Shown here piece by piece: positions 8,832 through 19,823 of a DNA stretch of 64,000 nucleotides. The position numbers and the translations under genes are program-made. The first letter of the stretch is position 1; the number at the start of each line of letters is the position of its first letter. The stretch comes from Nitrospirota bacterium (GTDB taxonomy: Bacteria > Nitrospirota > Thermodesulfovibrionia > Thermodesulfovibrionales > SM23-35), in contig JBFMDO010000075.1 of assembly GCA_040753615.1 (NCBI GenBank), forward strand, positions 308 to 64,307. The letters run 5' to 3'. Under the pieces are notes generated by a model, which made no database searches, had not been told where the DNA came from, and was given only the letters and a program-made list of their open reading frames with translations.

Positions 8832-9845
8832 ATGGCATTAAAAGATATTATAGGACAGGATAAGGCAATAAACATACTTCTCGGCACTATTCAAAGAGGA
8901 AGGGTGCCATCATCTTATCTATTTGCAGGCGAATCCGGCATAGGTAAAAAATTTACTGCTGTAAATCTTGCAAAGGCAGTAAACTGTCTGAAGACAGCAC
9001 CTCCTGAACTCCGAACTCAAATTGATGCCTGTGACAAATGCCTTTCCTGCAAAAAGATTGATGCCTCTACTCATCCAGACTTTTTGCTTATATCACCTGA
9101 AAACGGGCAAATCAGGGTTGAAGAGATACGGAAAATAGAAGGTCTGCTTTCTTTAAAACCATTTGAGGGAAGAAAAAAGATTGTAATTGTTGATGATGCA
9201 GATAAAATGAATCTGTCAGCAGCGAATGCATTTCTCAAGACTCTTGAAGAACCTCCTGAAGATAGCCTGATAATACTTATCTCATCAAATCCTGACCGTC
9301 TTCCGTCTACAATAAGATCGCGATGTTCACGCATAAACTTCACGCCTCTCTCTGACGAGGATTGCAAAAGGGTAGTCAGTCGCTACCTTTCTAATCAAAA
9401 AACAACAACCAAAACCAATGAGATAATGGACACTAAGCTTACAACGCTCATTCGGCTTTCTATGGGAAGACCTGGTATTGCGATACAAAAAGATATTATT
9501 GAAGTGAGGGCATGGTTTATAAAACTCCTGAAAGGAATGCTGAATAAGGAAAAAGACGGCTGGAAATCGAGGGAAGAAATGGAAAGGTGGATTGACCTCA
9601 TGTTAATCCTGCTAAGGGATATGGCTACATCAAAGATAACAGGGGATGAAGCATATCTCATCAATGCTGACCTTAAAGACTATTTAAGGAGGTTGAGCCA
9701 TACTATTGATTTAAAGGTTATAATAGAAAATTATCAAAAATTGAATACATTAAAGGGATATCTTAATTTTAATCTAAATAAAGCCCTTACTTGGAACTAT
9801 ACAGGTTCTTTACTCAGAAAGACAATGGATGTTAAATATGCCTGA
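8832..9845 (+). CDS. holB: DNA polymerase III delta' subunit
   Basis: AGESGIGKK, Cys cluster CDKCLSCKK, IVIVDDADKM, SRC motif RSRC. The position after tmk is typical. Confidence 0.9.
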   Translation: MALKDIIGQDKAINILLGTIQRGRVPSSYLFAGESGIGKKFTAVNLAKAVNCLKTAPPELRTQIDACDKCLSCKKIDASTHPDFLLISPENGQIRVEEIRKIEGLLSLKPFEGRKKIVIVDDADKMNLSAANAFLKTLEEPPEDSLIILISSNPDRLPSTIRSRCSRINFTPLSDEDCKRVVSRYLSNQKTTTKTNEIMDTKLTTLIRLSMGRPGIAIQKDIIEVRAWFIKLLKGMLNKEKDGWKSREEMERWIDLMLILLRDMATSKITGDEAYLINADLKDYLRRLSHTIDLKVIIENYQKLNTLKGYLNFNLNKALTWNYTGSLLRKTMDVKYA

Positions 9846-10680
9846 AGTAGTAGGGATAAGGTTTAAGCCGAGCGGCAAGATATACGACTTTGAAGTAGAC
9901 GGCGTGGATGTAAAAATGGGCGACGTTGTGGTTGTAGAGTCTGAACTCGGGATGAGCATAGGAAGTGTAGTTACATCCTGCCATACAGTTGAAGAAACTG
10001 AAAAAAAGTTTAAGAAAGTCATTCGAAAGGCAAATGAAGAAGACATCCGCCAGAGAGAGGAAAACAAAAATCTTGAAATAGAGGCAAGGAATAATTGTCT
10101 TGATAGGATTGAAGCTCGTGGACTGCCTATGAAACTCGTCTCTACAGAAGTAACCCTCGATAGAAAACGGATTATCTTTTATTTTACTGCGGAAAAGAGG
10201 ATTGATTTCAGAGAACTTGTTAAGGACCTTGCTGCAAAATTCAAGACAAGGATTGAGATGAGGCAGATAGGCATAAGAGATGAAGCAAAGATGTTGGGTG
10301 GTTTGGGTATATGTGGAAGGGAACTATGCTGTACAAGATTTCTGACATCTTTTGAGCCTGTATCTATCAAAATGGCAAAGAAGCAGGAACTCACTCTTAA
10401 CACCACTAAATTATCCGGTATTTGTGGAAGACTTATGTGTTGCCTGAGTTTTGAATATGCAGACGAGGATAATTCTCTGCAAAAAGCTGAATCACTACCT
10501 CTTTCAGAAGAGCCCAATATGACTGAAATAGTTGTTGACTCGACTGATTCCCCTGCGGACGTAAATAAACCTGTCAGTCCCCCAGAGACCAGTTCACAGC
10601 AACTCCCACCCCAACAGGAAAAACGAAAAAGATTTCCAAGACACAGGAGAAAACGCAGGAGGATGTATCATAAAAAGTGA
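9829..10680 (+). CDS. PSP1 domain protein (YaaT/RicT-like)
   Basis: PSP1 C-terminal domain with RELCC…LMCCL Cys motifs. The true start may be the ATG at 9838 (MPEVVGIRF). Basic C-terminal tail. Confidence 0.9.
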   Translation: MLNMPEVVGIRFKPSGKIYDFEVDGVDVKMGDVVVVESELGMSIGSVVTSCHTVEETEKKFKKVIRKANEEDIRQREENKNLEIEARNNCLDRIEARGLPMKLVSTEVTLDRKRIIFYFTAEKRIDFRELVKDLAAKFKTRIEMRQIGIRDEAKMLGGLGICGRELCCTRFLTSFEPVSIKMAKKQELTLNTTKLSGICGRLMCCLSFEYADEDNSLQKAESLPLSEEPNMTEIVVDSTDSPADVNKPVSPPETSSQQLPPQQEKRKRFPRHRRKRRRMYHKK

Positions 10681-12281
10681 AGAGTAAATTCTATATTACG
10701 ACCCCAATATATTATGTGAATGATATACCCCATATAGGTCATGCATATACAACCATAGCAGCAGATATCCTCGCAAGATATAATCGTCTAAAGGACAGAG
10801 AGGTGTTTTTTTTGACAGGGACAGATGAACATGGCCAGAAGGTTGAAAAGGCAGCAAAAGAAAAGGGGATGATTCCTAAAAAACATGCTGACTTAATGGT
10901 AGAAAACTATAAAGCACTCTGGGCAAAGCTTAATATTCAGAATGATGCGTTTATACGCACAACAGATCCAGAACACATAAAGGTTGTTCAGGCAATATTA
11001 GAAAAACTTTATGAAAAGGGTGAAATACAAAAGAGGCTATATTCAGGCTGGTACTGTATTCCGGATGAACGTTTCTGGACAGAGAAAGAAGTTGTGGATG
11101 GAAGATGCCCAGACTGCAAAAGACCTGTCGAGCATATTGCAGAGGAAAACTACTTCTTCCTAATGTCGAGGTATAAGGAAAAACTTATAAGGCATATTGA
11201 GGAAAATCCACATTATATCCTTCCAGAGACACGGAAAAACGAGGTTTTAGGTTTCCTGAAAAATAATCCACTCGGCGACCTCTGTATTTCAAGGCCAAAA
11301 CACAGGCTTTCATGGGGGATACCACTGCCTTTTGATGAAAATTTTGTTACATATGTCTGGTTTGATGCACTTTTAAACTATTACTCGGCAACAATATATC
11401 TACCTCCAGAAATACGGGATACAGGATACAGAAGCCAGATATTAGAAATTTCAGAGAAAAATCTCAAATCTCAAGATTGGTGGCCACCTGAACATCATTT
11501 ATTAGGAAAAGATATCCTAACAACACATGCTATATACTGGTCAGCCATGTTAATGGCAATTGAACTGCCGCTTCCAAAAAACATCTTTGCGCACGGGTGG
11601 TGGACTGTTGAAGGGAAAAAGATGTCCAAGTCACTCGGCAATGTTGTAGACCCGTTAAGGATGACTGAGAAATACGGAGTTGATGCATTCAGATATTTTC
11701 TTTTCAGGGAAGTGCCATTCGGACTTGATGGAGATTTTTCTGAACAGGCGCTTATAAAACGTATAAACACTGACCTCGCAAATGACCTCGGGAACCTATT
11801 AAGCCGTTCTTTAACAATGATAGAAAAATATAGAAATGGAAAGATTCCTCCTCCTATAGAAAGCAAAGATAGAGATGGACTGGAAAAAAAAGTAAAGGTA
11901 TGGTTTACGGATTCTGAGAATAATCTTTTAGCCAGTTTCGACGGATTCATCAAAAAACTGGAATTTCATAATGCCCTTACCCAATTATGGGTTGTTATAA
12001 ATGAGATAAATGAATATATTCAACATGCATCCCCTTGGAAGGAAAGAGATCAAGATGTCCTTTCAAATATACTTTATATCTTAGCTGAAGCCCTGCGCAT
12101 CATTGCAATTTATATCTCTCCCTTTATGCCGTCCACTGCAAAAAAGATATGGGAACAACTTAACCTTGAAGGAGATCTATCCACTATAAATATTAATAAC
12201 GAGGCAATTTGGGGAAGGCTAAAGACAGGGAAAGAGATTAAAAAAGGGTCACCATTATTTCCGAGGATTAATATTCAGTGA
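10677..12281 (+). CDS. metG: Methionine--tRNA ligase (short form without a C-terminal tRNA-binding domain)
   Basis: HIGH motif PHIGHAYT, KMSKS present, Zn knuckle CPDCKRP. The GTG start overlaps the upstream stop. Confidence 0.95.
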   Translation: MKSKFYITTPIYYVNDIPHIGHAYTTIAADILARYNRLKDREVFFLTGTDEHGQKVEKAAKEKGMIPKKHADLMVENYKALWAKLNIQNDAFIRTTDPEHIKVVQAILEKLYEKGEIQKRLYSGWYCIPDERFWTEKEVVDGRCPDCKRPVEHIAEENYFFLMSRYKEKLIRHIEENPHYILPETRKNEVLGFLKNNPLGDLCISRPKHRLSWGIPLPFDENFVTYVWFDALLNYYSATIYLPPEIRDTGYRSQILEISEKNLKSQDWWPPEHHLLGKDILTTHAIYWSAMLMAIELPLPKNIFAHGWWTVEGKKMSKSLGNVVDPLRMTEKYGVDAFRYFLFREVPFGLDGDFSEQALIKRINTDLANDLGNLLSRSLTMIEKYRNGKIPPPIESKDRDGLEKKVKVWFTDSENNLLASFDGFIKKLEFHNALTQLWVVINEINEYIQHASPWKERDQDVLSNILYILAEALRIIAIYISPFMPSTAKKIWEQLNLEGDLSTININNEAIWGRLKTGKEIKKGSPLFPRINIQ

Positions 12282-12282
12282 T

Positions 12283-13647
12283 ATGATAGCTTGTGGTAAA
12301 ATATCAAATTCTGATATGCACAAAATATTTAAAAATAAAATAATTGTAATTGTTTTATCGCTGTTGCTTTTTTTATCCTTACATGGCTGTACACCGGGAT
12401 ACACCAAGGGTAAGGTTGTAGATTCTTTAACAGGGAAGCCCATAAAAGGAGCTTATGTCACTGTTAATAATACAGTTATTCAGACTGATGAAAAAGGCAT
12501 TTTTATTATAAAAACCTTTGCTGAAAAGATTTTAGTCAGGGCGCATGGATATATGAGGACAGAACAGATTATAACCCATCCCCTGATATCTTTACACCCG
12601 TTTATTGCACCATCTTCCAATCCGCCTCTCGAAATAAAACTTGTGCCCTTTAAACCAAGGGCTGTCTATCTTTCATTTTATGGCGCAGGAGATAAAACAC
12701 TGCGAGGAGATGTTCTTAAACTCATTGAAGAGACAGAGTTAAATGCAGTTGTCATAGACATAAAAGGTGATAGAGGCATGATATCTTATAAGAGCTCGGT
12801 CTCCCTTGCCTCAGAAATCGGCGCCCAGAGAATAAAGACAATAAAAGATATAAATGGATTAGTAAAATCTTTAAAAGAAAAAGACATTTACACTATCGCA
12901 AGGATAGTAGTATTTAAAGACAATCTCCTTGCACTGGCAAAACCTGACCTATCAGTAAAGACACCGGATGGGGCTATATGGTTTGATAAAGAAACCCTTG
13001 CATGGGTAGATCCATTCAAAAAAGAGGTCTGGGATTATAATATAAGTATTGCGATAGAGGCAGCTCAATGCGGATTTGACGAGATACAGTTTGATTATGT
13101 CCGGTTTCCAGATGCTGTTGGACTCAAGTTTTCAATGCCAAATACAGAAGAAAACAGGGTAAAGGCAATCTCAGGGTTTCTATTGGAGGCAAAAAAACGT
13201 CTTGTGCCTTACAATGTTTTTCTCGCTGCGGATATCTTTGGTTATGTTTTCTGGAACAATAATGATACAGATATCGGGCAGAGGTATGAAGACCTTGTGC
13301 CTCACATAGATTATTTATCTCCCATGCTTTATCCTTCGGGATTTCGACACGGGATTCCGGGTTACAGAAATCCTGTTGCTTATCCTTATGAAATCGTTTA
13401 TCTTAGTCTTAGAAAGGCACAGGAGCGTACACATATTCCATCATGCCGCTTTAGACCATGGCTTCAGGCATTTAGAGACTATGCGTTTGACGGAAGGATT
13501 TTTGGCAGCAAGGAAATAAGGGACCAGATAAATGCCTCGGAAAAATTCGGGACACATGGCTGGATGCTCTGGAACCCACGCAATATTTATTCTAAGGATT
13601 GGTTGAGTAATACAGATGATAACCTATTGACCACAAAAATTTTTTAA
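12283..13647 (+). CDS. Putative glycoside hydrolase-like lipoprotein (DUF4015/GHL-type TIM barrel) with an N-terminal CarboxypepD_reg-like domain
   Basis: Lipobox-like LHGC after MHKIF…, so the start may be 12316. GKVVDSLTGKPIKGAYV. IQFDYVRFP motif. Confidence 0.7.
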   Translation: MIACGKISNSDMHKIFKNKIIVIVLSLLLFLSLHGCTPGYTKGKVVDSLTGKPIKGAYVTVNNTVIQTDEKGIFIIKTFAEKILVRAHGYMRTEQIITHPLISLHPFIAPSSNPPLEIKLVPFKPRAVYLSFYGAGDKTLRGDVLKLIEETELNAVVIDIKGDRGMISYKSSVSLASEIGAQRIKTIKDINGLVKSLKEKDIYTIARIVVFKDNLLALAKPDLSVKTPDGAIWFDKETLAWVDPFKKEVWDYNISIAIEAAQCGFDEIQFDYVRFPDAVGLKFSMPNTEENRVKAISGFLLEAKKRLVPYNVFLAADIFGYVFWNNNDTDIGQRYEDLVPHIDYLSPMLYPSGFRHGIPGYRNPVAYPYEIVYLSLRKAQERTHIPSCRFRPWLQAFRDYAFDGRIFGSKEIRDQINASEKFGTHGWMLWNPRNIYSKDWLSNTDDNLLTTKIF

Positions 13648-16050
13648 GTGAAGCAACATATTTCAAAACAAGTTTTCATCACTCTTTCCATATTTATCCT
13701 GTGCGGTTTTATATTCTTTATATTGAACAAACCAAAAGTTTTTTCTGTCACAGAATCTTTTCCAGTGTTACAAGAAGAAAAATTTGAGCCTGTTACAGAA
13801 ATAATTGAAAAAGCAGTATATGAAGGCAAAATCACAGGTGCTGTTATCATGATAGGCAATCAGGGAAAGGTTCCATATCACCGAGCATTTGGATACCGTA
13901 CAATCAAGCCCAAAAAGATTCCGATGTCTATAGACACCATTTTTGATATCGCCTCTCTTACAAAGGTAGTAGCAACCACTACTGCTGTAATGCAATTGTT
14001 CGAGAAAGGAAAATTAAGACTTGATGTTCCTGTTGCTGAGTATTGGCCCGAATTCAAGGCAAATGGTAAGGAGCAGATAACAATACGCCAACTATTGACA
14101 CATTATTCAGGGCTACGGCCAGGATTGTCCCTGACACCTGAGTGGGATGGATATGATATAGCCTTGAAAAAGATTATAGAAGAAAAACCGGTATATACGC
14201 CGGGCACACGCTTTGTTTATAGCGACATAAATTTTAAAATCTTAGGTGAGATCGTCAGGCGTATTTCAGGTCAACCACTCAATACCTATTGCGAAGAAAA
14301 TATCTTCAAACCGCTCGGCATGAGTAATACCTGCTTCAATCCTTCACCAACGCTCCGAGAACGAATCACCCCTATACAAGGGGAGAATGGAATAAAGGGT
14401 GGGGCTGGAGAAGTTCATGATCCGTCATGCTCCAGAATGGGCGGGGTAGCAGGACATGCCGGACTTTTTTCAACTACTGGGGATCTTTCGATATTTATAG
14501 AGATGCTGCTTGCAGGTGGAACATACAACGGCAAATATATACTCAGCCCTCTTACCATAGAAAAGATGACCACTCCACAATCTCCTCCTAACAAGATGGT
14601 TTTAAGAGGGCTTGGTTGGGATATTGATTCACCCTTTTCTTCCAGTAGGGGAGGATTATTCCCAGTAGGTTCTTACGGACATACAGGATATACTGGAAGC
14701 TCTGTGTGGATTGATCCTGCCACCAAAACTTATGTTATCTTGCTGCTCAATCGTATTTATCCCGGGAATAATGGGGATATACCGAATTTACGCTCACAGA
14801 TATCTACAGTTGTATCTGCAGCCATTAGAAACTTCTCACCAGAACATATCACGAATAGCCGGCGATCTCTCACAGGCTATCACGAATTGATGAAAAGCTA
14901 TGGGATAAAAATACCGAGGAATGGAAGAGTAAAAACCGGGATAGATGTTCTTAAAACTGAAAAATTTGCGCCGCTTAAGGGTCTTCGTATAGGATTGATA
15001 ACCAACCATTCTGGCATAAATTCTTCTGGAGAACGGGACATAGATTTGCTCTATAAAGCACCAAAAGTTAAGCTGGTGGCTATATTCACTCCTGAACATG
15101 GTTTATCTGGCAATGAAGAGACGCATGTGTCTTCAGGCACAGAACCAGTGACAGGATTACCCGTTTATAGTCTATACAATAATGTAAAACAGCCTACTAC
15201 AGAAATGCTTAAAGGGATAGATGCGTTGGTCTTTGATATTCAGGATGTTGGTGCCCGTTTCTTTACCTATATCACTACTATGGGATATGCGATGGAGGCT
15301 GCTGCCAAAAAAGGCATTGCGTTTTATGTTCTCGACAGACCAAACCCCATTACTGCCTCAATTGTTGAAGGACATGTTATAGATGAGGATTTAAAGTCTT
15401 TTACAGGTTATTTTCCAATACCGATCAGGCATGGTATGACAATAGGAGAACTTGCTCAGATGTTTAATACAGAAAACAAGATTGGCGCCAAACTGCACAT
15501 AATAAAAATGCAGGACTACCAACGAACTGACTGGTTCGATGAAACAGGACTGCTGTGGGTGAATCCATCGCCTAATTTACGGACTCTTACCGAGGTTATA
15601 CTTTATCCAGGGGTAGCAATGGTTGAGGGTGCAAATGTGAGCGTAGGAAGGGGGACTGATACGCCCTTTGAACTTCTTGGAGCGCCTTGGATTAATGCAA
15701 AGGAATTGGCATCATATCTGAATGAACGCGAGATTCAGGGCGTTCGTTTTATGCCAGTAGATTTCATACCGAGAAGCAGCCAGTTTGAGAATCAGTTATG
15801 CCATGGCGTTCAGATTATCTTGTTGGACCGCGAGGCGCTGGATACATCTGCGCTTGGGATCGAGATTATAAGTGCGATTTATAATCTTTATCCAGAGGAA
15901 TTTGAGATTGACAAAACGCTTGATCTTATTGCATCACGTAAGGTTATGGAAAATATAAAGGCTGGAAAAGATCCTCATTCTATTATAATGGGCTGGCAGG
16001 AATCACTCGAGCGGTTCAGGGAAATATGGTCTAAATATTTATTATATTAA
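13648..16050 (+). CDS. Fusion protein: serine hydrolase (beta-lactamase/AmiE-like fold) + DUF1343 (NamZ-like exo-muramidase family)
   Basis: N-terminal TM segment. Motifs SLTK (S-x-x-K), YSD and HTG in the first half. From about aa 425, GLITNHSG…FTPEHG…DIQDVGARFFTYI is typical of DUF1343. Confidence 0.85.
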   Translation: MKQHISKQVFITLSIFILCGFIFFILNKPKVFSVTESFPVLQEEKFEPVTEIIEKAVYEGKITGAVIMIGNQGKVPYHRAFGYRTIKPKKIPMSIDTIFDIASLTKVVATTTAVMQLFEKGKLRLDVPVAEYWPEFKANGKEQITIRQLLTHYSGLRPGLSLTPEWDGYDIALKKIIEEKPVYTPGTRFVYSDINFKILGEIVRRISGQPLNTYCEENIFKPLGMSNTCFNPSPTLRERITPIQGENGIKGGAGEVHDPSCSRMGGVAGHAGLFSTTGDLSIFIEMLLAGGTYNGKYILSPLTIEKMTTPQSPPNKMVLRGLGWDIDSPFSSSRGGLFPVGSYGHTGYTGSSVWIDPATKTYVILLLNRIYPGNNGDIPNLRSQISTVVSAAIRNFSPEHITNSRRSLTGYHELMKSYGIKIPRNGRVKTGIDVLKTEKFAPLKGLRIGLITNHSGINSSGERDIDLLYKAPKVKLVAIFTPEHGLSGNEETHVSSGTEPVTGLPVYSLYNNVKQPTTEMLKGIDALVFDIQDVGARFFTYITTMGYAMEAAAKKGIAFYVLDRPNPITASIVEGHVIDEDLKSFTGYFPIPIRHGMTIGELAQMFNTENKIGAKLHIIKMQDYQRTDWFDETGLLWVNPSPNLRTLTEVILYPGVAMVEGANVSVGRGTDTPFELLGAPWINAKELASYLNEREIQGVRFMPVDFIPRSSQFENQLCHGVQIILLDREALDTSALGIEIISAIYNLYPEEFEIDKTLDLIASRKVMENIKAGKDPHSIIMGWQESLERFREIWSKYLLY

Positions 16051-16059
16051 TAGCATCTT

Positions 16060-17097
16060 ATGAACATACGGCAGCAATCAGAAGATATTGAAAGAAAAAC
16101 ACTTCATCCAAAGGCTTGTCTCAGCTCGCATAGCAAGGGGAGGGTAAAGCCTGAGAATGAAGATGAGATAAGGACATGTTTTCAACGCGATAGAGACAGG
16201 ATTATCCATTCCAAGTCTTTTAGGAGGTTGAAACACAAGACACAGGTTTTTCTCGCTCCAAAAGGGGACCATTACAGAACACGTCTTACACATGTGCTTG
16301 AGGTATCGCAGATAGCAAGGACAATATCCAGGGCATTAAGACTGAACGAAGATTTGACAGAGGCAATTGCTCTGGGACATGACCTCGGACACACACCATT
16401 CGGTCATGCAGGTGAGGCTATTCTCAGAGAGATACACCCAGGGGGATTCGAACATTATAAGCAGAGTCTGCGTGTGGTTGACTTTCTCGAAAAAGACGGA
16501 AGGGGATTAAATCTTACACATGAAGTAAGGGATGGAATATTAAAACATTCTAAAGGAAAAGGTCTTATAATACCTGACAAAAAGGCAGACAGGGCAATTA
16601 CTCTCGAAGGGCTGGTGGTACGGATATCTGACATTATTGCATATGTAAATCATGACCTTGATGACGCCTTAAGGGCAGGTGTAATAAAAAATTCTGATAT
16701 CCCGGGAAAGATTATCAGGATTCTCGGTGAGAGACATTCAAAAAGAATAAATACGATGGTAGAGGATCTTATATATAACTCAAGAAAGACTGATCTGGAG
16801 GAATTATGCATAAGCAATGATATCTTATCCGCTATCTATATGCTGAGAGATTTTCTCTTTGAGCATGTATACGAAGGCAATAAGATATTGAAGGAATTTG
16901 AAAAAACAAAGAAGATTTTGCGGGATTTATATTTCTATTATCTTGAACATATGGAAGAGATATTTGTTGATATACCCAAGGAAGAAAAAATAAACAAACA
17001 CCGCATGGTTTGCGATTTTATTGCAGGAATGACTGACAGATTTGCGTTCATGACATATGAGAGGCTTTTTCTGCCGCAACAATGGACTGTGTTTTGA
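16060..17097 (+). CDS. dGTP triphosphohydrolase-like HD-domain protein
   Basis: [33 protein letters not shown]. Confidence 0.9.
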   Translation: MNIRQQSEDIERKTLHPKACLSSHSKGRVKPENEDEIRTCFQRDRDRIIHSKSFRRLKHKTQVFLAPKGDHYRTRLTHVLEVSQIARTISRALRLNEDLTEAIALGHDLGHTPFGHAGEAILREIHPGGFEHYKQSLRVVDFLEKDGRGLNLTHEVRDGILKHSKGKGLIIPDKKADRAITLEGLVVRISDIIAYVNHDLDDALRAGVIKNSDIPGKIIRILGERHSKRINTMVEDLIYNSRKTDLEELCISNDILSAIYMLRDFLFEHVYEGNKILKEFEKTKKILRDLYFYYLEHMEEIFVDIPKEEKINKHRMVCDFIAGMTDRFAFMTYERLFLPQQWTVF

Positions 17098-17118
17098 TTA
17101 TTAGGTTAATAAGGTTTC

Positions 17119-19527
17119 TCATTCTTTCTCCACAACCTTTCCAATACTCACAACCTTAGCTTCTCCTTCAACATCCATAAGCCTCACGCCCTGAGTGTTT
17201 CTTCCGAGGATTGAAATGTTTTGTGCAAGTGTGCGTATAAGCTTGCCAGAACTTGTTATCATCACGACTTCGTCCTCATCCCTCACCTGCATAAGTCCAA
17301 CTGCCTTGCCGCCTTTTTCAGTAATCTTTATTGAAATAACTCCTTTGCCACCTCGTCCCTGAACAGGATATTCTTCTATTTGTGTTCGTTTGCCAAGTCC
17401 TTTTTCTGTTACGGTAAGGATAGATGTCTTTTCTTCTGCAACTTCTGCTGAGACAACCTCGTCTCCCTTCATGAGTTTAATCCCTTTAACCCCCCTCGCA
17501 GTGCGTCCTGTCTCGCGCACGTCTTCTTCATTAAACCTTATTGAAAGGCCATTTTTTGTACCTATAATAAGATCGCTTTTGCCATCAGTCTTTCTTACAG
17601 CAATCAGTTCATCTCCTTCATCGAGTGTTACAGCGATAACACCTTTTCCCCGAGGGTTGCTATATTTCTCCAGCGCAGTCTTTTTTACTATGCCATTTTT
17701 TGTAAACATCACGAGAAAGCCCTCTTTAAAGTTGCGGACAGGGAGAGCTGTTGTAATCAACTCGCCTTCTGAAAGGGCAAGAAGATTTACAAGTGCCTTG
17801 CCTTTTGCTGCCCTTCCTGCCTCTGGTATCTGATATGCCTTTAGCCAGTAAAGCCGTCCGAGATTCGAAAAAAAGAGCATGTAGTCATGAGTTGAACTAA
17901 TAAAGAGTTCTTCAACAAAGTCCTCTTCTTTTGTCTCCATTCCGATTGAACCTTTTCCTCCACGGCGCTGGCTTCTGTATGCACTAAGCGGGTTTCTCTT
18001 TATATACCCAGTATGAGAAAGTGTAATTACCATTTCTTCCTCGGTTATCAGGTCTTCTATGGTAATCTCTTTTGTTTCCGAGGTAATCTCTGTCCTTCTC
18101 TCGTCTGTGTATTTGTTCTTGATCTCAAGAAGTTCATCCTTGATAATCTTAGAAACAAGGGCGTCGCTTCCGAGTATAGCCTTCAATCTCTCTATCTCTT
18201 TTAGAGTATCAGCAAATTCTTTTACTATCTTTTCCCTTTCGAGTCCTGTTAATCTCTGGAGTTTCATGTCTAAGATAGCCTGTGCCTGTGTCTCTGACAA
18301 TGGATAATCCCTCATTAAGGCGTCCTTAGCATCCTGAGGTGTCTTTGAGCCTTTTATAAGGGCTATTATCTCATCCAGATGGTCAAGTGCTATCTTAAGT
18401 CCTTCAAGTATATGCGCCCTTTCTTCTGCCTTCCTGAGTTCAAAGCGTGTTCTTCTAAGTACAACATCTCTTCTATGCTGCAAGAAGTAGTCAAGAAGTT
18501 CTTTTAGGTTTAAAATCTTCGGTTGTCCATTAACAAGTGCGAGCATAATTATTCCAAAGGTAGTTTCCATCTGTGTGTGTTTATAGAGATTGTTCAGTAC
18601 AACCTGCGCCATCTCGCCCCGTTTGAGTTCAAGCACAACCCTTATCCCATCCCTGTCAGATTCATCTCTAATCTCAGATAGCCCCTCGATCTTCTTTTCT
18701 TTCACAAGCTCGGCAATCTTTTCAATTAATCTTGCCTTGTTTACCTGATAAGGAATTTCAGTAATAATAATATTCTCGCCGCCCCTGTGTTCGCGCTCTA
18801 TCCTCGCCTTTGCCCTGATCTTAATAAGTCCTCTTCCGCTATTATATGCCTGAATAATTCCGTCTGCGCCATAAATGGCGCCCCCTGTTGGAAAATCAGG
18901 ACCCTTTATAACAGTGGCAAGGTCTTTTATGCTCACATGGGGATTTCCGAGCAACATTACAAGTCCATCTATAATTTCCCCAAGATTATGTGGCGGTATG
19001 TTTGTGGCCATACCAACAGCAATTCCTGATGAGCCGTTTACAATTAAATTTGGGACCCTCGATGGCAATATAATAGGCTCTTTTGTTGTCTCATCAAAAT
19101 TCGGGATAAAATTGACGGTATCTTTATCTATATCAGCAAGGAGTTCCTCTGCAATTGCTGAAAGCCTTGCTTCTGTATATCTATATGCAGCAGGCGGGTC
19201 TCCGTCAACAGAGCCAAAATTTCCCTGACCATCAACAAAGGGATATCGCATATTAAAGTCCTGAGCAAGCCTTACGAGTGCATCATAAACAGCCGTATCA
19301 CCATGGGGGTGATATTTCTTTAAGACCTCGCCTACAACACCAGCGGATTTTGAATATTTCTTTCCGGGAAGAAGTCCTTCCCTGAACATTGCGTAAAGTA
19401 TCCTTCTCTGAACAGGCTTGAGACCATCCCTTACTTCGGGAAGCGCCCTGCCTATGATTACGCTCATTGCGTAATCAAGATAAGAAACTTTCATTTCTTC
19501 TTCTATGCTTACTGGTAACTTTGCCAT
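17119..19527 (-). CDS. gyrA: DNA gyrase subunit A
   Basis: [13 protein letters not shown], catalytic Tyr region [11 protein letters not shown]-terminal beta-pinwheel repeats. 802 aa. Confidence 0.97.
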   Translation of the reverse strand: MAKLPVSIEEEMKVSYLDYAMSVIIGRALPEVRDGLKPVQRRILYAMFREGLLPGKKYSKSAGVVGEVLKKYHPHGDTAVYDALVRLAQDFNMRYPFVDGQGNFGSVDGDPPAAYRYTEARLSAIAEELLADIDKDTVNFIPNFDETTKEPIILPSRVPNLIVNGSSGIAVGMATNIPPHNLGEIIDGLVMLLGNPHVSIKDLATVIKGPDFPTGGAIYGADGIIQAYNSGRGLIKIRAKARIEREHRGGENIIITEIPYQVNKARLIEKIAELVKEKKIEGLSEIRDESDRDGIRVVLELKRGEMAQVVLNNLYKHTQMETTFGIIMLALVNGQPKILNLKELLDYFLQHRRDVVLRRTRFELRKAEERAHILEGLKIALDHLDEIIALIKGSKTPQDAKDALMRDYPLSETQAQAILDMKLQRLTGLEREKIVKEFADTLKEIERLKAILGSDALVSKIIKDELLEIKNKYTDERRTEITSETKEITIEDLITEEEMVITLSHTGYIKRNPLSAYRSQRRGGKGSIGMETKEEDFVEELFISSTHDYMLFFSNLGRLYWLKAYQIPEAGRAAKGKALVNLLALSEGELITTALPVRNFKEGFLVMFTKNGIVKKTALEKYSNPRGKGVIAVTLDEGDELIAVRKTDGKSDLIIGTKNGLSIRFNEEDVRETGRTARGVKGIKLMKGDEVVSAEVAEEKTSILTVTEKGLGKRTQIEEYPVQGRGGKGVISIKITEKGGKAVGLMQVRDEDEVVMITSSGKLIRTLAQNISILGRNTQGVRLMDVEGEAKVVSIGKVVEKE

Positions 19528-19823
19528 TTACCCTCCTGGTAATTTACACCAACAATTATTTTAACATATTGCTTTTATGTGGCGTTTAAAAAGTTATGAG
19601 GCGGTTCTTTTCGGGTTAAACCTAAAAATGCAATTCATTATTTGTCAGGCATATGTGCAGAAAAAGCTTTACCAGCAGCACCGTTGTAGGCGGTTTGATT
19701 ATCAAATAGACCATCACGTTTTCCTTTTTGCAATATGATTACCCTTAATACCCAAATTCTGCTTTGTAAAGATTTTTATGCATATGTGCCTGCCTTAATT
19801 ATTATTCTATTATATTTTTCGGG

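Noticed and set aside
9396-9416. CAAAAAA CAACAAC CAAAACC in holB as another in-frame heptad insertion (encoding QKTTTKT)
   Set aside because: There are only three degenerate A-rich units in an A-rich context, which cannot be distinguished from ordinary low-complexity coding sequence.
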